A DNA stretch of 64,000 nucleotides from Candidatus Latescibacterota bacterium. Lineage in GTDB: Bacteria; Latescibacterota; UBA2968; UBA8231. This document shows positions 1 to 9,196 of this stretch, in pieces. Position 1 is the stretch's first letter. Every line of letters starts with the position of its first letter. Made by a program: the position numbers and the translations under genes. The notes under the pieces were generated by a model that did not search any database, had not been told where the DNA came from, and saw nothing but the letters and a program-made list of their open reading frames with translations. Location of the stretch: the NCBI GenBank assembly GCA_965223905.1, contig CBDCXV010000011.1, forward strand, positions 1,504,001 to 1,568,000, in the 5' to 3' direction.

Positions 1-1
1 T

Positions 2-1318
2 GTCGACGGATTTACTGTTGACATGGAGAACCACTTCAGGGATCCCGGTTACATCATCGACGCCGCAAATTCGGTACGGGACTGCCCTGCCCCCGACCGG
101 TCCGAGGCCAATGAAAGTGCCTGGGTCGAAGTTGTTCGCCTCCTCGACAAAGGACTGGGTACCGAGGGCACGGCGCGAAAGCGGGCGGCGGTCAGGCTGG
201 CCGTTCTGTCGCGTTGGCAGTGGTTGACGTCGGACGAGCGGCAGCGGCTTGCACGCGCGCTCTGGGACTTTGGCTTGGATTGCGATGGTCTGCCGAGGGA
301 TGCGGACCTGCACCCGTGGGTGTTTCTGAAACTGCCGGAGCCGGAGCCTGGGCTGGCGGAAAATCGGCTTCGCGCCGCGTGGGTAAAATCCGCGAACTGG
401 GAGGACGAGAGTAGGGAGTCGCTGGAGAAGGTCCTTGCCGGCGCGGGGACTGCCCTGAGCAACCTGCCAGCACGCGGACACGAGATCACGCTCACTAATG
501 CCGAGGTCGATTCACTCCTGGCAGCGGTTGATCGCTGGGCAGCGATGGGACCCTCGACGATTCTTCCATGGAACCGCCCCCATATGTTGCAGGAGTGGCG
601 CAGCACCTTGAGGAACGTCGCGGCGTTGTTACTGGAGTTGGAAGTGAGCCCCACGACGGCACAGACATTGCTCGACACCGTGCGGAAGCTGGGCACTGAA
701 AAAACGCCAGCATACGAGTTGGTGCCTGGCATTGTGAAGTCCGATCATGGCCTGGCCACCTCCGCCTCCGCCCTGCTGCGGGTCGGGCTCGGGGGTTCGA
801 CGCCTGAACAAAGTGAACAAGCAGCGAGCGCGTGGGGAGGTCTGTATTGGTGGCTTCGGGCTTCGGCCTTGGAAGATTCCGGTCTACCACGGGCACCTGA
901 CCACTTGGTATTTGAGATGGGCGAAATCATCGCGGCCCCCAGGTGGTTTGTTCTCTCCCAGGCTCTTGAGATTGCGGCATGGGTGTTCGAAGAGGGAATC
1001 GAGGAACACCGCGAGTTGCTGCGGCCACCCGTCCTTTCCGGTCTCGACTTTCTCCGGCGGGCCCTTGTCTTTCGGGAGATTTCACCGAATCCCTTGGTCG
1101 AACAACCCCAGGTTAACGAAGATGATGTCGACGTGCCTTTGCTTCGTTGGCGCTGTGTCCGACTGGCAAAGGCCATGGACTCTGCCGGATTCGGAGGCGA
1201 GACGGCTGTCGCAGGTTGGCTGAAGAACGCGGAGATGGATCCATTGCCGGAGGTGCGCCTCACGGTGGCAGACTGGGGCGACGGCCGGGTTTCGAAAAAC
1301 GCTCCGGATTCAGAGTGA
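2..1318 (+). CDS. C-terminal part of a large defence-associated protein, resembling the C-terminus of Dsr1-type SIR2 proteins (5' end outside window)
   Basis: Frame is open from the window edge (gtc gac gga ttt act gtt gac ATG at 23). Helical protein ending WLKNAEMDPLPEVR, a motif I recall from Dsr1-like sirtuins. The SIR2 domain is not visible here. Confidence 0.5.
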   Translation, partial: VDGFTVDMENHFRDPGYIIDAANSVRDCPAPDRSEANESAWVEVVRLLDKGLGTEGTARKRAAVRLAVLSRWQWLTSDERQRLARALWDFGLDCDGLPRDADLHPWVFLKLPEPEPGLAENRLRAAWVKSANWEDESRESLEKVLAGAGTALSNLPARGHEITLTNAEVDSLLAAVDRWAAMGPSTILPWNRPHMLQEWRSTLRNVAALLLELEVSPTTAQTLLDTVRKLGTEKTPAYELVPGIVKSDHGLATSASALLRVGLGGSTPEQSEQAASAWGGLYWWLRASALEDSGLPRAPDHLVFEMGEIIAAPRWFVLSQALEIAAWVFEEGIEEHRELLRPPVLSGLDFLRRALVFREISPNPLVEQPQVNEDDVDVPLLRWRCVRLAKAMDSAGFGGETAVAGWLKNAEMDPLPEVRLTVADWGDGRVSKNAPDSE

Positions 1319-1389
1319 GTAAACGAGTCGACGGGACTGGGATTGGACTGCCGGTTTCACGGACAGCTTCCTTTATCGAGAACCCCTTG

Positions 1390-1834
1390 GCTCGGGCTGT
1401 ATGCCTTCATGGACAACGCCTGAAATTGGTTCGTGGTTAAACAGGTCCCTGTGCTGAGGGCAGAGAAGTACGACCCCCGATTCGGCGCTACCACCGCCCG
1501 CGCCCTCTGCAAGGACGTCCTCCGACTCACCTACACCGCCAACGACATGGCCCCCTTGGCCCACGACCTCGGGTACGCCCGCCCGCCCTTCTGGTGGGTG
1601 GAGAAGGAACGCGCCACCTCCCCCCACGCCCCGACGCCCTCTACTTCTTCCTCCACGGCTTCACCCGGGAAGACGCGGACTACGTGCTCGCCACCTTCCC
1701 GATCATCCACTGCTAAGACGAGGCCGCCTTCGGACGCACCCCACCCGCTCGCTGATTCTGGCTACATGAACGCCCTTGCAGCCGGCGATACGGAGACGTT
1801 GGTAGCCGTGAAAACCGGAAAGGTGCGAGGATAA
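1390..1834 (+). pseudogene. Degraded C-terminal remnant of an Eco57I-like/type IIG restriction-modification N6-methylase
   Basis: Fragments in several frames: KQVPVL, VLRLTYTANDMAPLAHDLGYARPPFWW, DALYFFLHGFTREDADYVLATFPII, YMNALAAGDTETLVAV. Frameshifts, an internal stop, no N-terminus. Confidence 0.7.
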
Positions 1835-1912
1835 CATTTGGGGTTGACAGGGTCTTGCTGATCAGACACCATATGGAATGCCAAGCGATCCAAATACTGA
1901 TGGAGTTGGTGA

Positions 1913-2188
1913 ATGGATATTGGATTTGTATGGGATAAAGGCAAGTACCAAGAAGTTCAAGACAAACACCAAGTCCGGTTTTATGAGGCAGTATCCGCAT
2001 TTGATGATTCGAGGGGGTGCGAAATCGCTGATCCAGCAGGCCATGAAGATCGATGGATGTGGATTGGGGCAACTTTCAGCGGTCGCGTATTAGCTCTCGT
2101 TTACTCGGAAGAGAATTTACCGCTCTATCGGTTTATCACGGCATTTGATGCAAAAGGCAGATTCCTCGATGAGTACAAAAGAATTTGA
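1913..2188 (+). CDS. brnT: BrnT-family toxin (RelE-fold ribonuclease)
   Basis: 91 aa: FVWDKGKYQEVQDKHQVRFYEAVSAFDD...HEDRWMWIG...VLALVYSE...YRFITAF. GGAG upstream. 3' end overlaps the next ORF. Confidence 0.75.
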   Translation: MDIGFVWDKGKYQEVQDKHQVRFYEAVSAFDDSRGCEIADPAGHEDRWMWIGATFSGRVLALVYSEENLPLYRFITAFDAKGRFLDEYKRI

Positions 2189-3602
2189 CTACCAGGCTTT
2201 CATGAATAGCTCTCCCGGCCTTGGTGAAATCCATCGTGGGCCTAAGGCGCGGGACCAACGACGAACAGCCTCCGAAGGGCGGATTTCTCAGTGTGAGGAA
2301 TTGAAAGGGGTTTTCCAGATAATCCAGGAAATTACCAAAATCTCCGCCACCGGTGACTACATCTACCGAGGAGAACCTAAGCACTATAGCAAGGTGTCGT
2401 CGAGTCTCTATCGCGAATGGTCGGAGATTGATAAAGATATCAATGTGGTAGCTGTCCAAAATGAAATTCTGAAAGAAGCAAAGAGATTTGTTTACGATAA
2501 TGATGAACTGGAAATCCTGACCCAACTCCAACACTACGGAGGAGCAACCAACCTGATAGACTTTACTACCGACTACCTTGTAGCCATGTTCTTTGCCTGC
2601 GATGGCTCCGATCTCCTAAACCAAAATGGTAGAATCATTTTGCTTGAGAAAAGCAGCGAGATCAACAAACAGCTTGAAATCCCTCGCAATCCCAGGAATC
2701 GTGTCATGGCTCAGAAAAGTATTTTTGTTCGGCCACATCGCGGATTTATTGAACCAGATCATGTCGTTAATATTCCGAAAGCTCTTAAAACCCCCATCCT
2801 AAACTACTTGTGGAAATGCCACGACCTATCTACTGCTGCCATATACAACGATCTTCACGGCTTTATCAAATTCCAGAAGATTCATCATCGTTCGCATTCC
2901 AAGTATTTCTCTGGGCTTCTATGTCAAAAAAAAGAGGCTTATCGCAAAGCCATTGAACATTATACGGAGGCAATTAAACTGAATCCTAGGTTAATTGATG
3001 CTTATTGTAATCGCGGAGCTGCCTATAGCAACGAAGGCGTGTACCACCTTGCCATTGAGGACTACAACAAAGCCATAGAACTGGACCCGGACGACGTAGA
3101 AATCTATTTCAATCGTGGCCTTGCTCAGACGGGCAACGGCGCTTTCGACCTTGCTATTGAGGACTACAACAAAGCCGCAGAACTAGACCCGAATGACGTG
3201 GAAATATATGTTAGTCGCGGTCTGGCTCAGATAGGCAAAGGTGCATATGATCTTGCTGTTGAAGACTACAACAAAGCCATAGAACTGAACCCAGACGATT
3301 CCAGGATCTATTTCAATCGAGGCAACGCTCACCTAAAGCAAGGTGAGTATGATCACGCTGTCCAAGACTACAACAAAGCCATAGAACTGAACCCTAATGA
3401 CGCCAAAGCTTATTTTAACCGCGGAGTAATTTGGCTGTCCAGGAAAAATTGGCCACGGGCCCAATCAGACCTGACTGCTGCCAAGAACCTTGGCATTGAT
3501 ATTCTCTCGGCATTTCGTAACGACTACCAAAACGTCGAGGGATTTCAGCAACAATTAGGAGTTCGGCTGCCTGAAGATATCGTGGCAATGCTGACGTCAT
3601 AG
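2169..3602 (+). CDS. FRG-domain + TPR-repeat protein with a BrnA-antitoxin-like N-terminal segment
   Basis: FRG motifs YIYRGE, LQHYGGATNLIDFT, AMFFAC, NRVMAQKSIF. About 6 TPRs (AIEDYNKAIELDP). ATG 2169 overlaps brnT. Confidence 0.85.
   Translation: MSTKEFDYQAFMNSSPGLGEIHRGPKARDQRRTASEGRISQCEELKGVFQIIQEITKISATGDYIYRGEPKHYSKVSSSLYREWSEIDKDINVVAVQNEILKEAKRFVYDNDELEILTQLQHYGGATNLIDFTTDYLVAMFFACDGSDLLNQNGRIILLEKSSEINKQLEIPRNPRNRVMAQKSIFVRPHRGFIEPDHVVNIPKALKTPILNYLWKCHDLSTAAIYNDLHGFIKFQKIHHRSHSKYFSGLLCQKKEAYRKAIEHYTEAIKLNPRLIDAYCNRGAAYSNEGVYHLAIEDYNKAIELDPDDVEIYFNRGLAQTGNGAFDLAIEDYNKAAELDPNDVEIYVSRGLAQIGKGAYDLAVEDYNKAIELNPDDSRIYFNRGNAHLKQGEYDHAVQDYNKAIELNPNDAKAYFNRGVIWLSRKNWPRAQSDLTAAKNLGIDILSAFRNDYQNVEGFQQQLGVRLPEDIVAMLTS
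3057..3430 (+). repeat. 102-bp tandem coding repeats (TPR units)
   Basis: GACTACAACAAAGCC..AGAACT recurs at ~3060, 3162, 3264 and 3366 (34-codon period). Confidence 0.85.
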
Positions 3603-3797
3603 CAAGTCGCTGCCGCACCGAGAGGCGGCGTCTTCAGTTCCCACCCCCACAGACATCCGTTGCCCTCTTTTGCAGGGACCTTGAAATTCCCGCTTACCTC
3701 GGATGGGCTACACCCATTTTTTTCTCTACAGGGCGTGGGATCAGGCATCGGGGCACCCACCGACATTTCCTTCCGAAAGGACACCCCCGCTCCCAAC

Positions 3798-4445
3798 TCA
3801 GAAAACCAGCCGGGTATAATCCTCCCACTGGTGGAAGCCCAGGGTCGTAAGGTGTGCCGTCGAGGAGTGCTCCGGGTCTTCCAGTCCCCCGTTGTAGTTG
3901 TAGCGGCAGACCGCGAAGGACCACTCCGCCCCCGGGCTCGGGGCTGAATCGAGGCCGAACGCCTTCCAGGGAATGCGGATCTCCACCGCCCACCTGTCCT
4001 CGAGCCGCCAGACCCGCCGCAGCGTCCCGCTGGCCGGTGCGATCACCTCCTCCCAAGTAACCTCCCCCGCAGTGAAGCGGTCCCGGTCGGGAATGTGGAG
4101 GTCCATCAGGAAGCCGTTTGGAGTGATGTGGATCTCCCAATAGTCGCTGCGCTCCCCACCCGGCTTGACGAAGAACTCGGCGACGTCTCCGAGGGTCCAC
4201 ATCCGCTGGTTGTCCGCGGTCGCCTGCGAGAAGATGTCGCTGTCGGTGAAGCAGGTGTAAAAGCTCAGGCCGTCTTCGGCGGCACCGACGCAGGCGCTTC
4301 CCCTTTCGGCCGGAAAGACCTCCGGCCCATCCCAGTACCGGCGCAGCGGAAGAAGTGCCGATTCCCGGTATTTCTCGGGCTGCTCGACGCCGAAGTCTTC
4401 GACGTCCCCGGAAACCCGGGGACAGCGGATCGAAGGGGTTGCCAT
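3798..4445 (-). CDS. Carbohydrate-binding family 9-like (DOMON-type) protein
   Basis: MWTLGDVAEFFVKP, YWEIHITPNG, WAVEIRIPWKAF, WSFAVCRYNY. Start chosen at MATPSIR. Confidence 0.7.
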   Translation of the reverse strand: MATPSIRCPRVSGDVEDFGVEQPEKYRESALLPLRRYWDGPEVFPAERGSACVGAAEDGLSFYTCFTDSDIFSQATADNQRMWTLGDVAEFFVKPGGERSDYWEIHITPNGFLMDLHIPDRDRFTAGEVTWEEVIAPASGTLRRVWRLEDRWAVEIRIPWKAFGLDSAPSPGAEWSFAVCRYNYNGGLEDPEHSSTAHLTTLGFHQWEDYTRLVF

Positions 4446-5024
4446 TTCCAGAGCTCCTTTGACGGAAGGCAGGGGGAGATCCTCCCCGCGCGCGGCGATA
4501 CGGGTCCCCTCCTGAAATAGTTGAGGCACTGTTCCGGTCCAGGAACGATGGCTGCCTGGGCCGCGTTTGAGCGGCTCGGAAAATTCCGCACTCTCGATGG
4601 TTCCTGGACCGATCACGCCGAATAAATGGAACCAGATACCGGCAATTAACATGGTCTCCATCTGCTTCCCCCTCGCTTGACGGCCGCCTTGCCCGGGCGG
4701 CAGTTTGGTTTCCGGTCTCGCTTCCGACCCTTTCTGATTACATGAAAAAGTGATAAAACCGGAAGAAACCCCACCAGTATTCCACACCGACGGGCGAATC
4801 CGGCTCGGGAAGAAGCCGGGGACCGGGACCGTCATCGTCCGCCTCCCCTTCGTGGCCTCGGTGGATGGTGCCGTACCCAGGCAGTGCTGCCCGGCACGAT
4901 TTCATTCCCGGATTCGGGTTGTTGCATCCCGGCATCCGGCTCCTTTACCTGAGTTCGCTCGAGCAGGACACCGTACCGGTCCGCAACCTCCGCGGACCTG
5001 ACCCGAAGACTTCGAGGTGACGAC

Positions 5025-6224
5025 ATGAAGATCAAGAGCATCCGCGCCGTGCAGGCCCGTTTCCCCGAACCTTTCGCTGCCGGCCCCGGCCAGAAGCAGT
5101 ACAACACGGCGCCCCGTCCCTCATGGATGGAGAGCGGCCCGGTCGCCAACCCGATGACCCGGTACCCGCGCTACGCCGCCTACCGGCCATCCTGGACCCC
5201 GACCTGGAGCGGCTTCGGCTGCCTGGTCGAAGCCGAGGACGGCAGCTGGGGGTTCGCGACGGCCAGCCACGGGCGCCCGGTGGCGGCGATCATCGACGAC
5301 TACCTCGGACCCCGGCTCGAGGGGGAATCCTGCCTGGCCACGGAGAAGTGCTACGACATGATGGTGCGCATGGGGGCGCCCCACGGCGCCGCCGGCCTGC
5401 ACTCCTACGCGGTCAGCGCCGTCGACCTCGCCCTGTGGGACCTCAAGGGAAAGCTGCTGCAGCGTCCGGTGTACGAGCTCATCGGCGGCCCCGCCCGCGA
5501 CGAGCTGTTCTGCTACTCGACCGGCGGCGACACCGACTGGTACATGGAGCTCGGCTTCCGCGCGACCAAGCTGCCCTGTCCGTACGGCCCGGCCGACGGC
5601 CTCGAGGGGCTGAGGAAGAACGTCGAGCTGGTGGCCGGCACCCGCGAGCTGGTCGGCGACGAGGTCGAGTTGATGCTCGACTGCTGGATGGCGTTCGATC
5701 TCGAGTACGCCGTCCGCCTCGGGGAGGAACTGCGGCCCTGCAAGCTCAAGTGGATGGAGGAGGTGCTGCGTTCCGAGGAGCTCGACGCCCACGCCGAGCT
5801 GCGCCGGCGGCTGCCCTGGCAGACCCTGGCGACGGGAGAGCACTGGTACACGACGGCCCCGTTCCAGCAGGCGGCGAGCCGCTTCCTCGTCGACATCCTG
5901 CAGCCGGACATCAACTGGGTGGGCGGCCTCACCGCGCTCGTCAAGATCTGCGCCATCGCCGAGGCGGCCGGCATCTCCGTCATCCCGCACGGAGGCGGCA
6001 ACACCCCCTACGGCCAGCACGCCTGCTACGCGCTGCCGGCCATCCCCTGGACCGAGTGCTTCGTCGGCTCCGCTCCCGGCGTTCCTCCCGAGCAGGCGGC
6101 CCGGATACCGGGGGCAGCGATCCCGAAGGAAGGGCGGATGAAGCCGTCCGGCGCCCCCGGCTTCGGAGTCGAGCTCACCCTCGACCAGCTGTCTCCGTTC
6201 GACTACGGGTCTTCAGGGGGATAG
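5025..6224 (+). CDS. Mandelate racemase/muconate lactonising (enolase) family dehydratase, L-rhamnonate dehydratase-like
   Basis: SAVDLALWDLKGK, MLDCWMA, KWMEE, TGEHWYT, LQPDINWVGG, IPHGG. GAGG RBS. Confidence 0.88.
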   Translation: MKIKSIRAVQARFPEPFAAGPGQKQYNTAPRPSWMESGPVANPMTRYPRYAAYRPSWTPTWSGFGCLVEAEDGSWGFATASHGRPVAAIIDDYLGPRLEGESCLATEKCYDMMVRMGAPHGAAGLHSYAVSAVDLALWDLKGKLLQRPVYELIGGPARDELFCYSTGGDTDWYMELGFRATKLPCPYGPADGLEGLRKNVELVAGTRELVGDEVELMLDCWMAFDLEYAVRLGEELRPCKLKWMEEVLRSEELDAHAELRRRLPWQTLATGEHWYTTAPFQQAASRFLVDILQPDINWVGGLTALVKICAIAEAAGISVIPHGGGNTPYGQHACYALPAIPWTECFVGSAPGVPPEQAARIPGAAIPKEGRMKPSGAPGFGVELTLDQLSPFDYGSSGG

Positions 6225-6270
6225 TCCCTTCGGCTTCCCCTTCCGCCTGAGTTTCCCCACCGAACCGAAG

Positions 6271-7215
6271 TCAGGAACCCGACGTCGCCGAGAGGATGCG
6301 CTTGTCCTTGCGGTCGCTGGCCTCGTAGAAGAGGCGGAAGCGGCCGTCGGGCAGCTCGGTGACGCAGGGCTCGGAAACCATGTGGCGGTCCAGCGGCGCG
6401 CCGAGGTCGAGGCAGGGCTCAGGTTCCTTGCGCCATTCCAGACCGTCCGTCGAAGTAGCCGTGAAGACGCCGCCGTTGATCCCCTTGCTCCAGGCGGCGT
6501 AGTACATCCGGTAACTGCCGTCACCGAGGCGGACGACCTCGGGCGAGTATACTGCGACGTTTTCGCGTTCCGTCTCCTGAGCGATGCGGGCACCCGGTTC
6601 GAACTCCCACTGCAGCCCGTCGCTCGACAGGGCGCTGAGGATCTTCTTCCCGGCCTCCGGATCGGGGCTCCGCGGATGGGGATACCGGTGGAAGTAGAGA
6701 CGGCGCCGGCCGTCTTCGAGGTAGAGGCAGCGTGGGGTGCCGTAGGACCATTCGCCGTCGCCGATGCGCACGCCTTCTTCCAACTCCCAGGACAGGCCGT
6801 CTGCTGAAACGGCGCTGAGGATGACCGTCGGCGCCTCGCCGCTGCGTGCTTCGTAGTACATCCGCCAGCGGCCGTCGGGCAGCGGCACCACGTCGGGGCA
6901 GAGGGTGCGCGTGGTGGCGTGGGGGCTGCTGAGGTCGACGCGGATCCCTTCCTCTTTGGTCCAGCGCTCGGCGTCGTCGGAACGGGCGCTGAGGATGTAG
7001 CCGACCGCATCGGGATCGGGATGAGCCGGTCCGAGGCCGGTGTAGTAGATGCGATAGCCGCCGGCCGGCAGCCGGACGACGTTGGGGGTCAGGATGCTGC
7101 CGGAGTCCAGAGGGCTGTCGAGATCGAGGGCGATCCAGGGATCCTTGGTCCAGTCGGTTCCGGGGTCGCGCTTGTGGTAGTGGACGGCGGTCAGGGGATC
7201 GAAGGGACGGGCCAT
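6271..7215 (-). CDS. Five-bladed beta-propeller glycoside-hydrolase-like protein
   Basis: Repeated blades P.VV.LPDG.WRMYY...ILSA.S.DGL.W..EEG.RI. Confidence 0.75.
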   Translation of the reverse strand: MARPFDPLTAVHYHKRDPGTDWTKDPWIALDLDSPLDSGSILTPNVVRLPAGGYRIYYTGLGPAHPDPDAVGYILSARSDDAERWTKEEGIRVDLSSPHATTRTLCPDVVPLPDGRWRMYYEARSGEAPTVILSAVSADGLSWELEEGVRIGDGEWSYGTPRCLYLEDGRRRLYFHRYPHPRSPDPEAGKKILSALSSDGLQWEFEPGARIAQETERENVAVYSPEVVRLGDGSYRMYYAAWSKGINGGVFTATSTDGLEWRKEPEPCLDLGAPLDRHMVSEPCVTELPDGRFRLFYEASDRKDKRILSATSGS

Positions 7216-7279
7216 GGCAGGGTGACTCCGGTGAAGGGAAGGAACGATATCGTCCAGCGGTCTCGGAGGCCAGGCGTCG

Positions 7280-9007
7280 CTAGCGGCTCTGCGAACCGCT
7301 GGGAGCTTCGCCGCTCCCGCGGGACCCTCGAAGACCCCTCAGCTCCGCGATCTTCCCCTCCGCCCCCTGGCGGATGAAGAGCAGCTTGTTGGCGGGGACC
7401 GAGGCGACCGTTTGCCCGCTTCCGTCCGGCCACCCGACCTCGACGGAATCGACCTCCTCCAGGGAACCGAGCCCGAAATGGGCGCGGATGTCGCTGGCCG
7501 ACAGGTAGCTCCCGGAGCTGTCTACGACCCGCACCTGGGTGCGGCCCCCCGCCCGCACCCGGACCTCGGCGCCGGCGCCGTCGCGGTTGGACTTCGTCCC
7601 CTCGACCTCGACCACGAGGCAGTTCCCCTCCTCCCGGTCGTTGCGCAGCAGGGTGGGGGTGTCGTTGAGGTTGACCACCAGGACGTCGACGTCGCCGTCG
7701 TCGTCGTAGTCGCCGAAGCCGGCGCCGCGGCTGACCTTCTCGACCTTCAGCCCGGGGCCGGCGGCGGCGCTGACGTCGGCGAACCCACCGCCCCCGTCGT
7801 TGCGGAAGACCTGGTTCTGCTGGCGGTAGCTGGTGCCGGTCGGGGCGTCGTCCACCTCGGGGAAGACGTGCCCGTTGGCGACGAACAGGTCGAGGTCGCC
7901 GTCGTTGTCGAGGTCGGCGAACTGGGTGCCCCAGCCGAGCCGGGTCAGGGTCACTGCCTCGAGGTCGGCCTGCACCGTGAAATCGGAGAAGCGGCCGCCC
8001 CCCTCGTTCCGGTAAAGGGTGTTGCTCTCGCGGAAGAAGTTGGTGACGTAGAGGTCGGGATCGCCGTCGCCGTCGAAATCGCCGCTGTCGACCCCCATGC
8101 CCGCCTCCTCGTCGCCGTCGCCGCTGTAGGCGACCCCGGAAACCAGGCCGGATTCGGCGAACGTCGCGTCGCCGCGGTTGCGGAAGAGCAGGTTCGGTGT
8201 CTGGTCGTTGGCGACGTAGAGGTCGACGAGGCCGTCGCCGTCGAAATCCCCCGGGAGCACGCCGAGCCCGAAATAGATTGCCGAAGCCCCGACCCCGGAG
8301 CTCCCGGTGACGTCTGCGAAACGACCGCCGCCGTCGTTGCGGTAGAGGACGTCGGCGGCCCCCTCCATGCCGAGGGGCCCGCAGTAGGTCTTGATCCCGC
8401 CGACGTAGTCGCAGTCGACGCGCGGATTGTCGCGCAGGTCGAAGCGGACGTAGTTGGCGACGTAGAGATCGAGATCGCCGTCGTTGTCGTAGTCGAAGAA
8501 GGCAGCCCCCGCGCTGTACCCGTCTCCGGCCACCCCGGCGGCCTCCGCTACATCGGCGAAGCTGCCGTCGCCGCGGTTCCCGTACAGCAGGTTGGCGCCG
8601 TAGTTGGTGACGTAGAGATCGCGGTCGCCGTCGTTGTCGATATCCCCGACCGCGCACCCGGCGCCCCACCCGGCGTCGTCGACCCCGGAGGCCGCGGCGA
8701 CGTCGGAGAAGGTGCCGTCGCCGTTGTTGCGGTAGAGGGAGTTCCCCGGACCGGAGCGCTCCTGGTAGGTCTCGAAGGTCGAGCCGTTGACGAGGTAGAG
8801 GTCGAGGTCGCCGTCGCCGTCGCTGTCGAAGAACCCGGCGCCGCTGCCGTGCGCCTCGAGGATGTACCTCTTCTCCATCCCTCCGAAGACGTTGAGCGCG
8901 GTGACGCCGGCGGCTTCCGCCTGATCGCTGAAACGGATCTGCGGCGCGCAGACCGAGGGAGCTGCCAGAATGGCCAGCAGGTGCGCGCCCGCCAGGACGA
9001 GCCGCAC
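7280..9007 (-). CDS. CRTAC1 family protein (FG-GAP/VCBS repeats + ASPIC/UnbV domain), secreted
   Basis: Multiple D.D.DGD.DLYV.N Ca-binding repeats. C-terminal SNRDGAGAEV...SYLSASDIRAHFGLG. Start uncertain (GTG 9007 or ATG 9139). Confidence 0.88.
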   Translation of the reverse strand: MRLVLAGAHLLAILAAPSVCAPQIRFSDQAEAAGVTALNVFGGMEKRYILEAHGSGAGFFDSDGDGDLDLYLVNGSTFETYQERSGPGNSLYRNNGDGTFSDVAAASGVDDAGWGAGCAVGDIDNDGDRDLYVTNYGANLLYGNRGDGSFADVAEAAGVAGDGYSAGAAFFDYDNDGDLDLYVANYVRFDLRDNPRVDCDYVGGIKTYCGPLGMEGAADVLYRNDGGGRFADVTGSSGVGASAIYFGLGVLPGDFDGDGLVDLYVANDQTPNLLFRNRGDATFAESGLVSGVAYSGDGDEEAGMGVDSGDFDGDGDPDLYVTNFFRESNTLYRNEGGGRFSDFTVQADLEAVTLTRLGWGTQFADLDNDGDLDLFVANGHVFPEVDDAPTGTSYRQQNQVFRNDGGGGFADVSAAAGPGLKVEKVSRGAGFGDYDDDGDVDVLVVNLNDTPTLLRNDREEGNCLVVEVEGTKSNRDGAGAEVRVRAGGRTQVRVVDSSGSYLSASDIRAHFGLGSLEEVDSVEVGWPDGSGQTVASVPANKLLFIRQGAEGKIAELRGLRGSRGSGEAPSGSQSR

Positions 9008-9196
9008 GGGAGCCGGTCGATTCGAAGGCCCTTCAGGGGTTGTAATGGCATCGCCGCAGGAGCCCCTGCGCACGCCAGGGCCGGACCCGGGATTCAACAA
9101 GCGGAAGTTGCCCGCACCAGGTTTTTCATCCGTTCTCATATGTACCGTAATTCTAAACGATCGAGCTGTTCGTCACCCGAAACGATACTCAGTGAG

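Noticed and set aside
1844-1875. TTGACA upstream of brnT as a promoter
   Set aside because: No convincing -10 hexamer at 16-18 bp spacing.
4446-5024. N-terminal extension of the CBM9-like ORF to 4835 and small ORFs in this gap
   Set aside because: No recognisable motifs and atypical composition. More likely a divergent promoter region. No riboswitch recognised.
7640-8830. Repeated GTCGCCGTCGTTGTCG-type motifs suggesting an array
   Set aside because: These are coding FG-GAP (DxDxDGDxD) repeats of the CRTAC1-family protein, not CRISPR.
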